This document shows, piece after piece, positions 36,463-46,571 of a DNA stretch of 64,000 nt (positions are counted from its first letter, which is position 1; each line of letters opens with the position of its first letter). The notes beneath the pieces were generated by a model that made no database searches, was not told the DNA's origin, and worked only from the letters and a program-made list of their open reading frames with translations. The translations under genes and the position numbers were made by a program. The stretch covers positions 2,202 to 66,201 of the forward strand of contig JAJYXQ010000043.1 of the NCBI GenBank assembly GCA_021796385.1. Direction: 5' to 3'. This DNA comes from Thermoplasmata archaeon (GTDB taxonomy: Archaea; Thermoplasmatota; Thermoplasmata; Lutacidiplasmatales; UBA184).

Positions 36463-37497
36463 TTGATGGCAACCGGAACCGTCCCCCCAGTGCCGTTCGT
36501 GTCCCGAACTGGTGAAGTCTTGGTCTCAGGAAGAGGACTTCTCAACCATCAGTCCTCTAAGATGAACAACGAAGCCCCCTTTGGCGTCGATACTCCTGGT
36601 ACCAAGACCTCGGGGATCCAAGAGGCCGTCGACTGGCTCTATTCCCACCGCAAGGGGAACAACCGGACGGCTGAAGGGGGCCGCATCCGGGTCGTCGGGG
36701 ACGTGGCCATCCATGACACTGTTCGGATCCCCATCTGGCCCGGACTATTGTTCGAGGCCGACCATATCACCGTGGCCATGCAGGAGGGGGATGGGTTCCT
36801 GATCGGTCACGACTACAAGGAGCTCGGGGACATCATCATCGGAGGGTCCACCCTCTCCATCCGGGTTTTGGACGGGCCGTTCGTGGGCAACCGGGGTCCG
36901 GCACTCCCCAAGTATTCAAGCCGTGGCACCACGGGGCTCCATGTGAAACAACTGGACGGCGGTCGGATCGATATCGGCATGGTGCGGTTCTTCACGCGTT
37001 ATGGGATCTTCCTTGACGGTTTCGACGAAGAGGATGCCCATGCGGCCTGCATCGACAATCTCATCCTCGTCAATGCGTTCACGTCGAACGGTGTCGGTCT
37101 CCGGACCCGGAGCAATTCAAGCCCGCAAGGGAGCTTCACGGGCGGAAATCGGTTGATGCTTGGTCATTTCCTCGGCAATTTCTATGGAATCCTTTTGGAC
37201 GCCGATACGGACGAGGGCGGGCACGTCAGTGTGACGAACCCTACGAGCATCAACAATCACCTCTTCGCGACCGTGGAAGATTCTACGGTGCTCATGCTGC
37301 AGCAACGACCCCCGGATGCCGCGGACGTTATCATCAACTCGACCGCGTGCTTTCTTGTGTTGAATGCCAAAGTCGCTGACCTGCGGGGCGACCAGAACTT
37401 CCTGGTGATGCCGGGGGTCGAACGGTTACGACGCTCCCGTCCTGAGGATCATAATGTGGTCGCCGCTCCGACCATGCGTCCCGGTGGGTTCTTCTAA
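36463..37497 (+). CDS. hypothetical protein, probable right-handed parallel beta-helix fold
   Basis: 344 aa rich in short beta-strand repeats (IRVVGDVAIHD, IIIGGSTLSIRVLDG, IDNLILVNAF, HVSVTNPTSINNHLF). Confidence 0.5.
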   Translation: MMATGTVPPVPFVSRTGEVLVSGRGLLNHQSSKMNNEAPFGVDTPGTKTSGIQEAVDWLYSHRKGNNRTAEGGRIRVVGDVAIHDTVRIPIWPGLLFEADHITVAMQEGDGFLIGHDYKELGDIIIGGSTLSIRVLDGPFVGNRGPALPKYSSRGTTGLHVKQLDGGRIDIGMVRFFTRYGIFLDGFDEEDAHAACIDNLILVNAFTSNGVGLRTRSNSSPQGSFTGGNRLMLGHFLGNFYGILLDADTDEGGHVSVTNPTSINNHLFATVEDSTVLMLQQRPPDAADVIINSTACFLVLNAKVADLRGDQNFLVMPGVERLRRSRPEDHNVVAAPTMRPGGFF

Positions 37498-37507
37498 TTT
37501 CTCAGCG

Positions 37508-38311
37508 ATGGGGAAACAGGGGGACAGGAATCCGTTCGATTATACCCGGAAACCCCGGGGGAGTAGGAACGGCATCCTGGTTATCGAGCTCATGGTACTA
37601 ACCGTATCCGTTTTCCTGATCGGCGTGGTGACGGGTGCTGTCCTCGCGCTCATGGAGTATGAAGGGACCTTTCCTCAGGTAAACTCCTCCACGTGGATCG
37701 CCATCGGTACCCTTGGCGTGGCGATCGCTACGGCCGCAACGGCAACGCATGAAGCGCTCAAGGAGCACCGAAGTCGGACCCCGAACCTCCAGTTGGTGCT
37801 GATGGAGTCCACGCACCCCCGGGCCAAGCCGACGGACTTTGGTGGTGTGGTCACGGTAAAGAACCTGGGTCCGGGTACTGCGCGGAATGTCATCGTCACG
37901 ACCTTTGCCTATCCGGTGGGTACGGTCCTCACGGAGTCGCGCGACGAAGCTGTCGGGCCGACGACGTGGTCGGGAGTGGAAGAGCGCGGCGCTTTAGATG
38001 CCGGGGAGGCTTGGGTCATCCAGGCTGAGGAGTTCACTGGCTCTGACGTCAAGGTCCTGCCGAAATTGCCCCCCGGCGACTACTACTATGAATTCCTTCT
38101 CGAAGCGGAGACCGTGTTCGGGTCCCAAATCCGCCCCGTACGGGAGACACTAAGTCGTGTACGTTCCGAACAGGACATCGGGGCAGGCCCCATCAAGGTC
38201 TTCCGCTGGAAGATCGTCCCCGAGGCCGAAGCCATGGCTTCCCGAAGGAAGGCCGAAGCCACCTGGAGACAACGGGCCGAACGATTGGATTCCGGGCCCT
38301 TGCGCCATTGA
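37508..38311 (+). CDS. hypothetical membrane-anchored protein
   Basis: ATG at 37508; an N-terminal TM (ILVIELMVLTVSVFLIGVVTGAVLAL) plus a second hydrophobic segment; soluble C-terminal domain. Confidence 0.5.
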   Translation: MGKQGDRNPFDYTRKPRGSRNGILVIELMVLTVSVFLIGVVTGAVLALMEYEGTFPQVNSSTWIAIGTLGVAIATAATATHEALKEHRSRTPNLQLVLMESTHPRAKPTDFGGVVTVKNLGPGTARNVIVTTFAYPVGTVLTESRDEAVGPTTWSGVEERGALDAGEAWVIQAEEFTGSDVKVLPKLPPGDYYYEFLLEAETVFGSQIRPVRETLSRVRSEQDIGAGPIKVFRWKIVPEAEAMASRRKAEATWRQRAERLDSGPLRH

Positions 38312-38392
38312 AAGAGGGCTACCACCCCCCCATCGCTCCTTCCTCTTGCAGCCACAAACAGCCTAAATGGGGATTGCAGTAACCCAAGGACG

Positions 38393-40468
38393 ATGGTCAT
38401 GGCAGAGGCGAAGCGAGAGATCCATTGGCGCCCATGGGGTGAGGAGGCTTTCGCCCTCTCCCGGAAACTAGGACGGCCCGTTCTCCTCGATATCGGGGCA
38501 ACCTGGTGTCACTGGTGTCATGTCATGGAGGAGACCACCTACTCCGACGATGAGGTCATTCGCCTGGTGGAAGAGTTCTACGTGCCGATTAAGGTCGACC
38601 GCGACCGGAACCCAGAGATCGACCGTCGGTACCAGTCGCTTGTCGGCTCTGTCACGGGAGAGGGAGGATGGCCTCTCACGGCGATCCTGACTCCGGAAGG
38701 GGACCTCATCACGGGCGGTACCTACTTCCCGGCCAAAGATGGGGGAGGGCGCCCTGGTCTGCGTCGGGTACTCCGGGACACGGCGAATCAATGGCGCACG
38801 CGGTCCAAAACCGGAGGCCTCGACACGTATCGCCTAGGCACGGGTGAACCGAAAGTGCCCTTATCGTCGGATGGGGAGGCACAACGGAAGTTCCTCGGCA
38901 GTGTATCGGATTCTATCGAGACCAATTTTGACGAACTCCATGGGGGATTCGGCCTGGCTCCGAAGTTCCCTCACCCGTTTTCGGTCTCGCTTGCGTTCGC
39001 TCTGGAGCACAGTCAACACAACGAGCGGTTAGGTCGTATCGCTTGGGAAACCTTGAAGCACATGGCCGACGGGGGCGTCCACGACCAGCTCGGTGGGGGG
39101 TTCCACCGGTACTCCGTGGACGCAGCGTGGCACATTCCTCACTTTGAGAAGCTTGCCATCGACCAGGCCTTCCTTCTTAGGAATTTCCTCGAGCTCCACG
39201 CCGTCTCGCACGATGAGGAAGCTCTATTGGTGGTACGCGGCATCGTCGGATTTTGCCGGGAAGTGCTCTCGGATTCCCATCCAGGATTGGCCTCGAGCCA
39301 GGACGCAGATCGCTTTCCGGGAGACGATGGCAGTTACTTCACGTGGACCCGACGGGAGCTTGCTGAGCATCTCACGCGAGAAGAACTTCGCGTGGTCCAG
39401 CACCGTTTCGGCATCGACACCGACGGGACCATGCCTCATGACCCCGACCAGAACGTGCTCTATCGGCTCTTTTCAAACAAAGAGATCGCTGAAGCGATGG
39501 GGCTTTCAGAAGAAGAAGTGGGAAGGCTCCTCGGTTCGGCCCTGCAGAAGATGCGGGGCCTACGCGCTTCCCGTAAAGTGCCTGCCGTCGATGTTACCCG
39601 ATATGCCAGTGTGAATGGCTATCTAGCAGGGGCACTGGCGCTCGCGGGAAGAGTGCTCGGAGACACTGAGCTCGTGCAGGCTGCGGAAGCAGCTGTGGGC
39701 CTGTTCATCTCTCCAAAGATAGCCCAACGTGGGGTTCCCCATGAGGTCAGCCGGGATGGCGACCCGCGCGGATGGGGAATCCTGGAGGATCAGGCATCGA
39801 TTGCCTGGGGTCTTCTCGATCTGGCAGAAGTGACGGGAAAAAAGTCACTTCTGGACAGTGCCCACAGCCTGCTTGAATTCATCTCCACCAAATTCACCGA
39901 TTCATCGGGTTTGCTCTCGGATATTGCTCCCGATGTGTTTGATGGACATATCCCCTCAAGCGCAGGGCAACAACGCTTTCCACTGGAGGATACACCCCTT
40001 CTCTCACCCAATGCTGCCGTGGCTCTGGCGTGGGAAAGGTTCGCGGACCTGTCGGGAGAGACCGGGGCTACCGATCGGGCATGGAAGCTCTTCACAGCCG
40101 CGATTCCACATCTGGAGGGGACCGGTTTCTTTGCCTCAAGCATGGCACTTGCCGCTCATTTGCACACAATCGAGCCCGTCAAGGTCACGATCGTTGGGGA
40201 CCGTGCAAGGTCCCAGGAGCTACTCCGCTCCGCTCTCGAAACGTTTCATCCTCGAAAAGTAGTTTTGGATGGTCGAGCATTCGATGGGATGACGTTGCCG
40301 CCAGAGTCCGAAGCATCTCTCTCCCAGGACAGCGCTGACGCTTTCGCCATCATTTGCATCGGGAACCGTTGTCTCAGTCCGGAAAGAGATCCGGTAAGGC
40401 TGTCCGAAAGCATAAGGACGGCCGGTCGCGGCGCGAAAGATGGGAAGGGACCTACACTCCCCGGATAG
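38393..40468 (+). CDS. thioredoxin-domain protein of the DUF255 / YyaL / SSP411 family
   Basis: The N-terminus [38 protein letters not shown]...[16 protein letters not shown] is the DUF255 hallmark; 691 aa with a C-terminal alpha/alpha-toroid-like region. Confidence 0.85.
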   Translation: MVMAEAKREIHWRPWGEEAFALSRKLGRPVLLDIGATWCHWCHVMEETTYSDDEVIRLVEEFYVPIKVDRDRNPEIDRRYQSLVGSVTGEGGWPLTAILTPEGDLITGGTYFPAKDGGGRPGLRRVLRDTANQWRTRSKTGGLDTYRLGTGEPKVPLSSDGEAQRKFLGSVSDSIETNFDELHGGFGLAPKFPHPFSVSLAFALEHSQHNERLGRIAWETLKHMADGGVHDQLGGGFHRYSVDAAWHIPHFEKLAIDQAFLLRNFLELHAVSHDEEALLVVRGIVGFCREVLSDSHPGLASSQDADRFPGDDGSYFTWTRRELAEHLTREELRVVQHRFGIDTDGTMPHDPDQNVLYRLFSNKEIAEAMGLSEEEVGRLLGSALQKMRGLRASRKVPAVDVTRYASVNGYLAGALALAGRVLGDTELVQAAEAAVGLFISPKIAQRGVPHEVSRDGDPRGWGILEDQASIAWGLLDLAEVTGKKSLLDSAHSLLEFISTKFTDSSGLLSDIAPDVFDGHIPSSAGQQRFPLEDTPLLSPNAAVALAWERFADLSGETGATDRAWKLFTAAIPHLEGTGFFASSMALAAHLHTIEPVKVTIVGDRARSQELLRSALETFHPRKVVLDGRAFDGMTLPPESEASLSQDSADAFAIICIGNRCLSPERDPVRLSESIRTAGRGAKDGKGPTLPG

Positions 40469-40511
40469 CGATACTAACAAGCTAATACCCCCCCTCGCTT
40501 CGGTCGATTCG

Positions 40512-40985
40512 ATGCCGCGGGTCAGCGTGGTAATGGGAAGCAAGAACGATTATGATTGCATGTCGAGCGCTGTTTCTCTCCTGAAAGACTTTGGAGTGGA
40601 GACGGAGGCTCTGGTGGTGTCTGCGCACCGAACTCCGGAACGACTCTTCGAATTTTCAAGGAACGCTGCCAAACGTGGCATTGAGGTCATTATCGCCGGT
40701 GCCGGTGGGGCCGCCCACCTTCCGGGTATGGTCGCCTCAATGACAACCCTCCCAGTCATCGGTGTCCCTGTTCCGAGCAAACACCTTTCGGGCATCGATT
40801 CTCTGTTGTCCATCGTGCAGATGCCGCTCGGGGTACCGGTGGCGACTGTTGCCATCGGCAATGCTGCCAATGCCGCTCTCTTGGCCGTGCGAATACTTGG
40901 TCTTAGTGACCCTGTACTGGCGGGAAAGATGGAAAAGTACATGGCGGACCAGACGGCAAATACATTGAAAGCCAGTTTAGATTAG
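40512..40985 (+). CDS. purE: N5-carboxyaminoimidazole ribonucleotide mutase
   Basis: [17 protein letters not shown]...[17 protein letters not shown]...[10 protein letters not shown]. Confidence 0.9.
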   Translation: MPRVSVVMGSKNDYDCMSSAVSLLKDFGVETEALVVSAHRTPERLFEFSRNAAKRGIEVIIAGAGGAAHLPGMVASMTTLPVIGVPVPSKHLSGIDSLLSIVQMPLGVPVATVAIGNAANAALLAVRILGLSDPVLAGKMEKYMADQTANTLKASLD

Positions 40986-41140
40986 TAAGGTGAGTACCCT
41001 GTCAAATCTCCTGGTCGGAAAGGGTACGCAGCCCGTACTTTTCATCCTCACCGAAAAGGTCCGCCAAATTCATGCCCCTGGTACAGCTTACCCTTTAATG
41101 CAAGATCTGTGAAGGGACCCATGCATTGGGAGATTCCAAA

Positions 41141-42229
41141 ATGAAAGTAGGGATCATTGGTGCTGGACAGCTCGGGTGGATGATGATCACCGAAGGGAGG
41201 AAGCTGCAGCACCAATACCTTGTTCTTAGTGAGAATCCAGGACCGGCATCCAAGGTAGCGGACGGAAATTTTTCTTTAAGGGATTATCGGAGGTTTGTTG
41301 ATAAGTGTGATGTGGTGACCCCAGAATTCGAACACACGAACCCCTCGATATTCGAGTACGCCCAAGAGCAGGGAAAACTCCTCCCTTCCATGGACGCTCT
41401 TTCACTGAAAGTCGACCGCTCGCTAGAGAAGAGTTTCTTGGCGGAACACGGGTTCCCGGTTGCCAAGTTCAGTGTCGCCCGGGAAGGTGCGGAGGCAATC
41501 AAAATGGCAAAGGCTTTCGGTCGTTCAGTGATCAAAGCTTCGAAGGGGGGATACGACGGAAAGGGGCAGTACTACATCGGCGAGACCGGGAGGTTGCCCA
41601 CGGAAGCACTTACTGCCCCGGGCTACGTGGTGGAAGAATTCATTGAGTTCGAGACAGAGGCATCGATCATCGCGTCCCGGGATCGAGACGGAGTGAAGCT
41701 CTTTCACCCGCCCTCACTGAACAAGAACCTGAATGGTATCCTGTTCTCAAATGAGGCACCCTGTGAAGATTACGGCATGAAGCGGATAACCTCTCGGTTG
41801 ATGGACTCGTTGGGTTACGTAGGGGTGATGGCCGTCGAATTCTTTATCGTCAACGGGAAAGCCATCGTGAATGAATTTGCGCCTCGAGTGCATAACTCGG
41901 GCCATCACACTTTGCACGGTTCCTCCATATCCCAGTTTGAACAACACATCCGCGTTATCACGGACCTTCCCGTGACTTCACCCGAGCTCTTCCGACCTAG
42001 TGGCATCGTCAATGCCGTCGGTTTGAATGTCGATCGTCACCTTCAGGAGGCCGTACTCTCGATCCCAGAGACGCACTCGTACTCCTACGGGAAGCAAGAG
42101 ACGCGCCCCGGCCGCAAGATGGGGCACGTTAACCTTACCGCTGAGGGCCTAAAGACCCTGAGGAAAAGGTCGGCTCAGGTCGTAAACGCCCTCTATGGCA
42201 ACGACCCATCCGAAAATTTCGGTTCTTGA
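41141..42229 (+). CDS. purK: N5-carboxyaminoimidazole ribonucleotide synthase (ATP-grasp)
   Basis: MKVGIIGAGQLGWMM; ATP-grasp core; C-terminal PGRKMGHVN; located downstream of purE. Confidence 0.85.
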   Translation: MKVGIIGAGQLGWMMITEGRKLQHQYLVLSENPGPASKVADGNFSLRDYRRFVDKCDVVTPEFEHTNPSIFEYAQEQGKLLPSMDALSLKVDRSLEKSFLAEHGFPVAKFSVAREGAEAIKMAKAFGRSVIKASKGGYDGKGQYYIGETGRLPTEALTAPGYVVEEFIEFETEASIIASRDRDGVKLFHPPSLNKNLNGILFSNEAPCEDYGMKRITSRLMDSLGYVGVMAVEFFIVNGKAIVNEFAPRVHNSGHHTLHGSSISQFEQHIRVITDLPVTSPELFRPSGIVNAVGLNVDRHLQEAVLSIPETHSYSYGKQETRPGRKMGHVNLTAEGLKTLRKRSAQVVNALYGNDPSENFGS

Positions 42230-43353
42230 GCCAAACCTTGGTCCCCGCGCCCCGTCCTCCGTTTTCTGCCGCGGACATGGATTACGCGTCCATCGGCAGC
42301 GCGCACTAGGCGGTCCATGACGGCGAGACCTAAGCCGCGGATGGGTATCCCCTCGACCAGCATCTCTTGGACACCCGAAGCGTCGGCATCTCTCAGAACA
42401 CGAAAAAGACGAGAAGCCACAGTACTGGGAGTATATCGCGAGCCGAATTTCCATACCCCCTCCCCTTTCAACGGGGACTCCCAGCTCACTAAGAGCGCCA
42501 AGGATATGTGCAGCTGGCGCAATGCACTCCGGCGCAGACGCATCGCCTCCCAGACCAAAGAAGGGGGACCAACGTAGAGCGTCACCCTCGCCTTGGGAGC
42601 ATAGTGCCGATGGCGCAATCCGGGAGACCGGGGCGGGTTGGTGTCCGTCGCGGAATTTTCTCTGAAAAATGTAGGTAACACGATCGACGGGGCGACCTTC
42701 CGAATTCGTTCAACGGAAAGTCCCCCGGGGCGCAGTACCACGGGCGGGGAGGTTCGGACATCTATGACCGTCGACTCAACCCCAATCGGCGAGTTTCCGG
42801 CAAGGAGAAGGACGTCCACCTTGCCAGATAGTTCTTGCAACAAGTAAGCCGGGGAGGTGAGGCTGGGCCGGCTTGAGAGGTTCGCACTGGGAGCGGCGAC
42901 AGGAACCCCCGCCCCCGCAATCAGCTGACGGGCAATGGGATGGTTTGGAACGCGCACCGCCACGCTGTCCATACCCGCGGTCGTCACCTTAGGGACATCG
43001 GATCTCGCCGGCAACACCAAGGTCAATGGCCCCGGCCAAAAATTAGCGGCCAAGCGCTTGGCCAAGGCAGGCACCTGTTGGGCCACGAGGGGAAGATCGT
43101 CGACGGAGGACAGATGAACTATCAAGGGATTGTCGGAAGGTCTACCCTTGACGCGAAAGATATCACGTACGGCCCTTTCGGAAAGGGCATTGGCCCCGAG
43201 CCCGTACACGGTCTCCGTGGGAAATACAACAAGGCCTCCCTTCCTTAGGACTGTGGATGCATAGGCTAGCGCCCTTTGGTCATCCTTTCCTCCAGAAAGG
43301 CGAAATATGCGGGTCCGACGACGTCGGAGTCGTGCCTCCTTGGATTTGCGCAT
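42193..43353 (-). CDS. sua5: L-threonylcarbamoyladenylate synthase (Sua5/YrdC with a C-terminal SUA5 domain)
   Basis: LAYASTVLRKGGLVVFPTETVYGLGANAL; 386 aa. Confidence 0.85.
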   Translation of the reverse strand: MRKSKEARLRRRRTRIFRLSGGKDDQRALAYASTVLRKGGLVVFPTETVYGLGANALSERAVRDIFRVKGRPSDNPLIVHLSSVDDLPLVAQQVPALAKRLAANFWPGPLTLVLPARSDVPKVTTAGMDSVAVRVPNHPIARQLIAGAGVPVAAPSANLSSRPSLTSPAYLLQELSGKVDVLLLAGNSPIGVESTVIDVRTSPPVVLRPGGLSVERIRKVAPSIVLPTFFRENSATDTNPPRSPGLRHRHYAPKARVTLYVGPPSLVWEAMRLRRSALRQLHISLALLVSWESPLKGEGVWKFGSRYTPSTVASRLFRVLRDADASGVQEMLVEGIPIRGLGLAVMDRLVRAADGRVIHVRGRKRRTGRGDQGLAQEPKFSDGSLP

Positions 43354-43380
43354 AAACAGCCCCTAGCCCTCAGTGGAGAG

Positions 43381-44850
43381 TCATTGGCCCTGTCCTAAGG
43401 AAAATCCCGGTTTACCATCGAAAGTGAAAAGCCCTTCGGTCTTTATGGGAGGCAACCCTGCCGTCACAAGCCGGGATTCAAGTGCGATGATCTCTTCATG
43501 AGTGACTTTTCCAATGCCGTTGGGATTTTGGAAGCGGCAACGCCAGTGGTCAACACAGAAGGTCTCAGATATCCCGCCGGGATAGACTTTTGTCCCTCGA
43601 TTTGTGATCATCACAAGGCGGAGTTCAGGAGAGGACAATTTCTCAAGGTCCTTGCCCAAGGCCTCTGGGGAGCCAAGCCACTCGACAAAGACATCCACGC
43701 CCACGAGTTCCTTGTGTGCGCGCGGGCGTTCTCGGGGTTTAGCAACAATTGGGGGACTGTGCACCGGGTAGCTTACCTCCTTCAACACCTGCGGTTTCGT
43801 TCCAAGACGTTCGATCACCGCGTTCGCAAACTCGCTTGTGCTGACTTTGGCTTTTGAACGGGAGGGATCGTAGATGTCGTACGTGTGTACTCCATCTTCG
43901 ATGGTTCGTAACCAAGCGTTCTGAACTCGGGTCGCCACATCCCCCTGGCCAATGTGAACAAGCATACGCACCCCAGCCAAGAGCAATCCGGATGGGTTCG
44001 CCATATTTTGTCCCGCGCGTTTGGGAGCGGACCCGTGGATCGCTTCAAACATCGCCACTTCACTTCCTATGTTCTCGCTGCCCACTAGACCGACAGAGCC
44101 CGCGATTTGAGCGGCCACATCGGACAAAATGTCCCCGTAAAGGTTCGGGAGAACCAGTACGTCGAACTGTTCCGGGGTATTCGCCATCTTTGCCGCACCA
44201 ATGTCGACGATCATGTGCTCACTGGTCAGGTCGGGATACTCGATCGCCACCTCATCAAACACCTGGTGGAACAAGCCATCGGTTTGTTTCATGATGTTGT
44301 CCTTGGTAAAACACGTTACCTTGCGACGGCCGTAGCGACGGGCGTATTCGAAGGCGTATCGGACCACTCGCTCTGTACCGGGTCTTGAAATCAGCTTGAG
44401 GCACTGGGTCACTTCATCTGTTTGGCGATGCTCTATTCCGCCATAGAGGTCTTCTTCGTTCTCACGGACGATAACCATGTCCATTCCGGGATGCTTTGTA
44501 GCGATGAACGGCTCATAGGAAAGGCACGGCCGAACGTTCGCGAAGAGCCCCAACGTTTTTCGGACGGTCACATTGAGGCTCTTGAACCCACCGCCTTCCG
44601 GAGTGGTCACGGGGGCTTTCAGGAATACCTTGGTTCTTCGAAGCGACTCCCAGGCTACGGGTTCAATGCCGGCGGTGATTCCTCTATCGTAGACCGCCCT
44701 GCCTATCTGGATCACTTCCGGAGCTAGGCGCGCCCCCCCCGCGTTTAGGATGCGAAGGGTGGCATCCATGATCTCGGGGCCTATCCCATCACCGTACGCT
44801 ACCGTGATCGGCACCGCCGAACCGGAGACTTCGTTACTTGTGGTCGACAT
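43381..44850 (-). CDS. isocitrate/isopropylmalate dehydrogenase family enzyme (probably isocitrate dehydrogenase) with a ~130-aa C-terminal extension
   Basis: ITVAYGDGIGPEIMDA, SLNVTVRKTLGLFANVRP, NLYGDILSD; 489 aa against ~350-420 typical. Confidence 0.75.
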   Translation of the reverse strand: MSTTSNEVSGSAVPITVAYGDGIGPEIMDATLRILNAGGARLAPEVIQIGRAVYDRGITAGIEPVAWESLRRTKVFLKAPVTTPEGGGFKSLNVTVRKTLGLFANVRPCLSYEPFIATKHPGMDMVIVRENEEDLYGGIEHRQTDEVTQCLKLISRPGTERVVRYAFEYARRYGRRKVTCFTKDNIMKQTDGLFHQVFDEVAIEYPDLTSEHMIVDIGAAKMANTPEQFDVLVLPNLYGDILSDVAAQIAGSVGLVGSENIGSEVAMFEAIHGSAPKRAGQNMANPSGLLLAGVRMLVHIGQGDVATRVQNAWLRTIEDGVHTYDIYDPSRSKAKVSTSEFANAVIERLGTKPQVLKEVSYPVHSPPIVAKPRERPRAHKELVGVDVFVEWLGSPEALGKDLEKLSSPELRLVMITNRGTKVYPGGISETFCVDHWRCRFQNPNGIGKVTHEEIIALESRLVTAGLPPIKTEGLFTFDGKPGFSLGQGQ

Positions 44851-45201
44851 GTCACCGCATAGGTTTCACACTATAAATCCTGCGGAGTTTGGCTTTCCCG
44901 TGCACGCTCGGATAGCGATTTGCCGGCGGGGGCAATTCTCTTTCTTCCGGATGCAGTGTCCATCCGTCAAGGGAAGTCCCGGTCGCCCTTTCATGAGCGG
45001 GCGGACCGTCAGTCCGCTTTCCTACGAGCTCGAGCTTGCGCCATCCGCCCTTGAGATCCGAAGTCTCCCATGACTCCGTACTTCTCGAAGCGGCTTTCCG
45101 CGGGGTTCGGGTCTTTATCGGTATTCTGGGTAGCCCGGTGCGGCGCAAACGTCCAATTCAGGTGAAAGACGGAAATACTCTTGGTCTTCTGTCGAGTCAT
45201 G

Positions 45202-45498
45202 GCCTGGCGGATATTTGAACTCCCAGCCGAGAAGAAAGAGGCGCTTGAACTGGTATTGCAAGACAATGTTCTATGGCGCCAAACGCGAATATTCAAGGAG
45301 GCCTCCCTCTACGGTGGCAAGGCTGGAGATTATTACCTTTACATGAACGGAGCGGACGAAGCGATGGCCCGGGCGGACACGATGGTCCCTCCCATCGGAA
45401 AGAAGCTGACCGGGGCCGATGCGGAGAAAGTGTACGCCCAGATCCGGGAGGAGGAAGATCGGGCCGCTTCTGGAATGGGGATGATATTCCCCGATTGA
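45202..45498 (+). CDS. hypothetical small protein
   Basis: 98 aa from ATG 45202; charged and helical; its stop overlaps the nth TTG start (TTGA). Confidence 0.4.
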   Translation, partial: AWRIFELPAEKKEALELVLQDNVLWRQTRIFKEASLYGGKAGDYYLYMNGADEAMARADTMVPPIGKKLTGADAEKVYAQIREEEDRAASGMGMIFPD

Positions 45499-46571
45499 AG
45501 GCCACCCCGATCCCGACCTTGCCTGAACGGGCCTTACGATTGGCTCGCCCGCCCGGTACCCGGCTCCCTTGGGGTAGGGTTCTCAATATTCTGGAACGAC
45601 GATATTCTGTCGGGAAATGGAAGGTACCCCACTTGAATGCGCGACACCCTGACCCGTTTCAGGTGCTCGTTAGCACGATCCTCTCGCAGCGCACTCAAGA
45701 CCAGGTCACGTATGGTGTCGCAGACGAACTGCTGAACCCCCACCCGACACCAGAGGAACTTTCGAAATTGAGCGTGGGCGAGATCGAGAGGATCATCCAT
45801 CGCGTGGGCTTCCCTCGGCCGAAGGCTGAGGCCATTTCGAAGATATGTCGAATCCTACTGGAGAGATACCATGGGGAGGTTCCCCGTGAGATGGACACGC
45901 TTCTAGGACTGCCCATGGTCGGGCGTAAGACGGCAGGCTGTGTAATCGTCTACGGGTTTGATGGGGACGCCCTGCCTGTGGACACTCATGTCCACCGAAT
46001 ATCGAACCGTCTTGGGGTGGTCCGGACCCGGACCCCTGAAGAGACCGAGATGGCGTTAATGGCCATCGTGCCGAAACCCCTATGGAAGAAGGTGAACCCC
46101 CTCCTTGTCCAGCACGGGCAGAACATCTGCCGTCCAATCGGTCCCCGATGCGGAGAATGTCCTATCTCACGCTACTGTCTTTTCTACCGGAACCAGCCCC
46201 GAAGCAACGCAGGGACGTCGGGGGTTCGAAAGGGGAGCGTTAGTAAGGCGACGAAATCCTCGGGGGCTCTAGTCCCGGGTCATGATGGTGTATCGAACCC
46301 GGGTCCCGGCAAGCGCGCTATGCAACTTACGAATGATGGCCCCATACTGTTCCGGTGTCTCCCAAGCGACCGAGAAATCGTAGTCACCCACCTCGGTGCG
46401 GAACCCCATCTTCTTCAGATCTTCAACCATATCGAGCGGCCCGGCTCCTTCACTGCTGAAATACATCTTGACGTAGGTTCTCATGGACGACTCCGCGCAG
46501 GTTCGAAAGGGACCCGAATCCATAAAAGCTTTGTGTGGAACGATTGTCGGTCCCCTCCCAACTATGGATGA
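45495..46571 (+). CDS. nth: endonuclease III (HhH-GPD, [4Fe-4S]); the ORF has no in-frame stop after the FeS cluster (possible frameshift)
   Basis: HhH-GPD LGLPMVGRKTAGCVIVYGF...VDTHVHRISNRLG and a C-x6-C-x2-C-x5-C cluster (CRPIGPRCGECPISRYC). Frame 0 continues ~90 codons of low-complexity sequence to 46571. A tandem TAG-TAA lies in the +2 frame at 46241-46246, so the likely true end is ~46246. Confidence 0.7.
   Translation: MKATPIPTLPERALRLARPPGTRLPWGRVLNILERRYSVGKWKVPHLNARHPDPFQVLVSTILSQRTQDQVTYGVADELLNPHPTPEELSKLSVGEIERIIHRVGFPRPKAEAISKICRILLERYHGEVPREMDTLLGLPMVGRKTAGCVIVYGFDGDALPVDTHVHRISNRLGVVRTRTPEETEMALMAIVPKPLWKKVNPLLVQHGQNICRPIGPRCGECPISRYCLFYRNQPRSNAGTSGVRKGSVSKATKSSGALVPGHDGVSNPGPGKRAMQLTNDGPILFRCLPSDREIVVTHLGAEPHLLQIFNHIERPGSFTAEIHLDVGSHGRLRAGSKGTRIHKSFVWNDCRSPPNYG
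46269..46484 (-). CDS. hypothetical small protein (72 aa), convergent with nth
   Basis: MRTYVKMYFSSEGAGPLDMVEDLKKMGFRTEVGDYDFSVAWETPEQYGAIIRKLHSALAGTRVRYTIMTRD has protein-like composition; it lies antisense to the improbable C-terminal extension of the nth ORF. Confidence 0.3.
   Translation of the reverse strand: MRTYVKMYFSSEGAGPLDMVEDLKKMGFRTEVGDYDFSVAWETPEQYGAIIRKLHSALAGTRVRYTIMTRD

Noticed and set aside
44750-45148. ORFs 44750..45073 (+) and 44852..45148 (-)
   Set aside because: They overlap the 5' end of the IDH gene and its promoter region; products are low-complexity; likely spurious.
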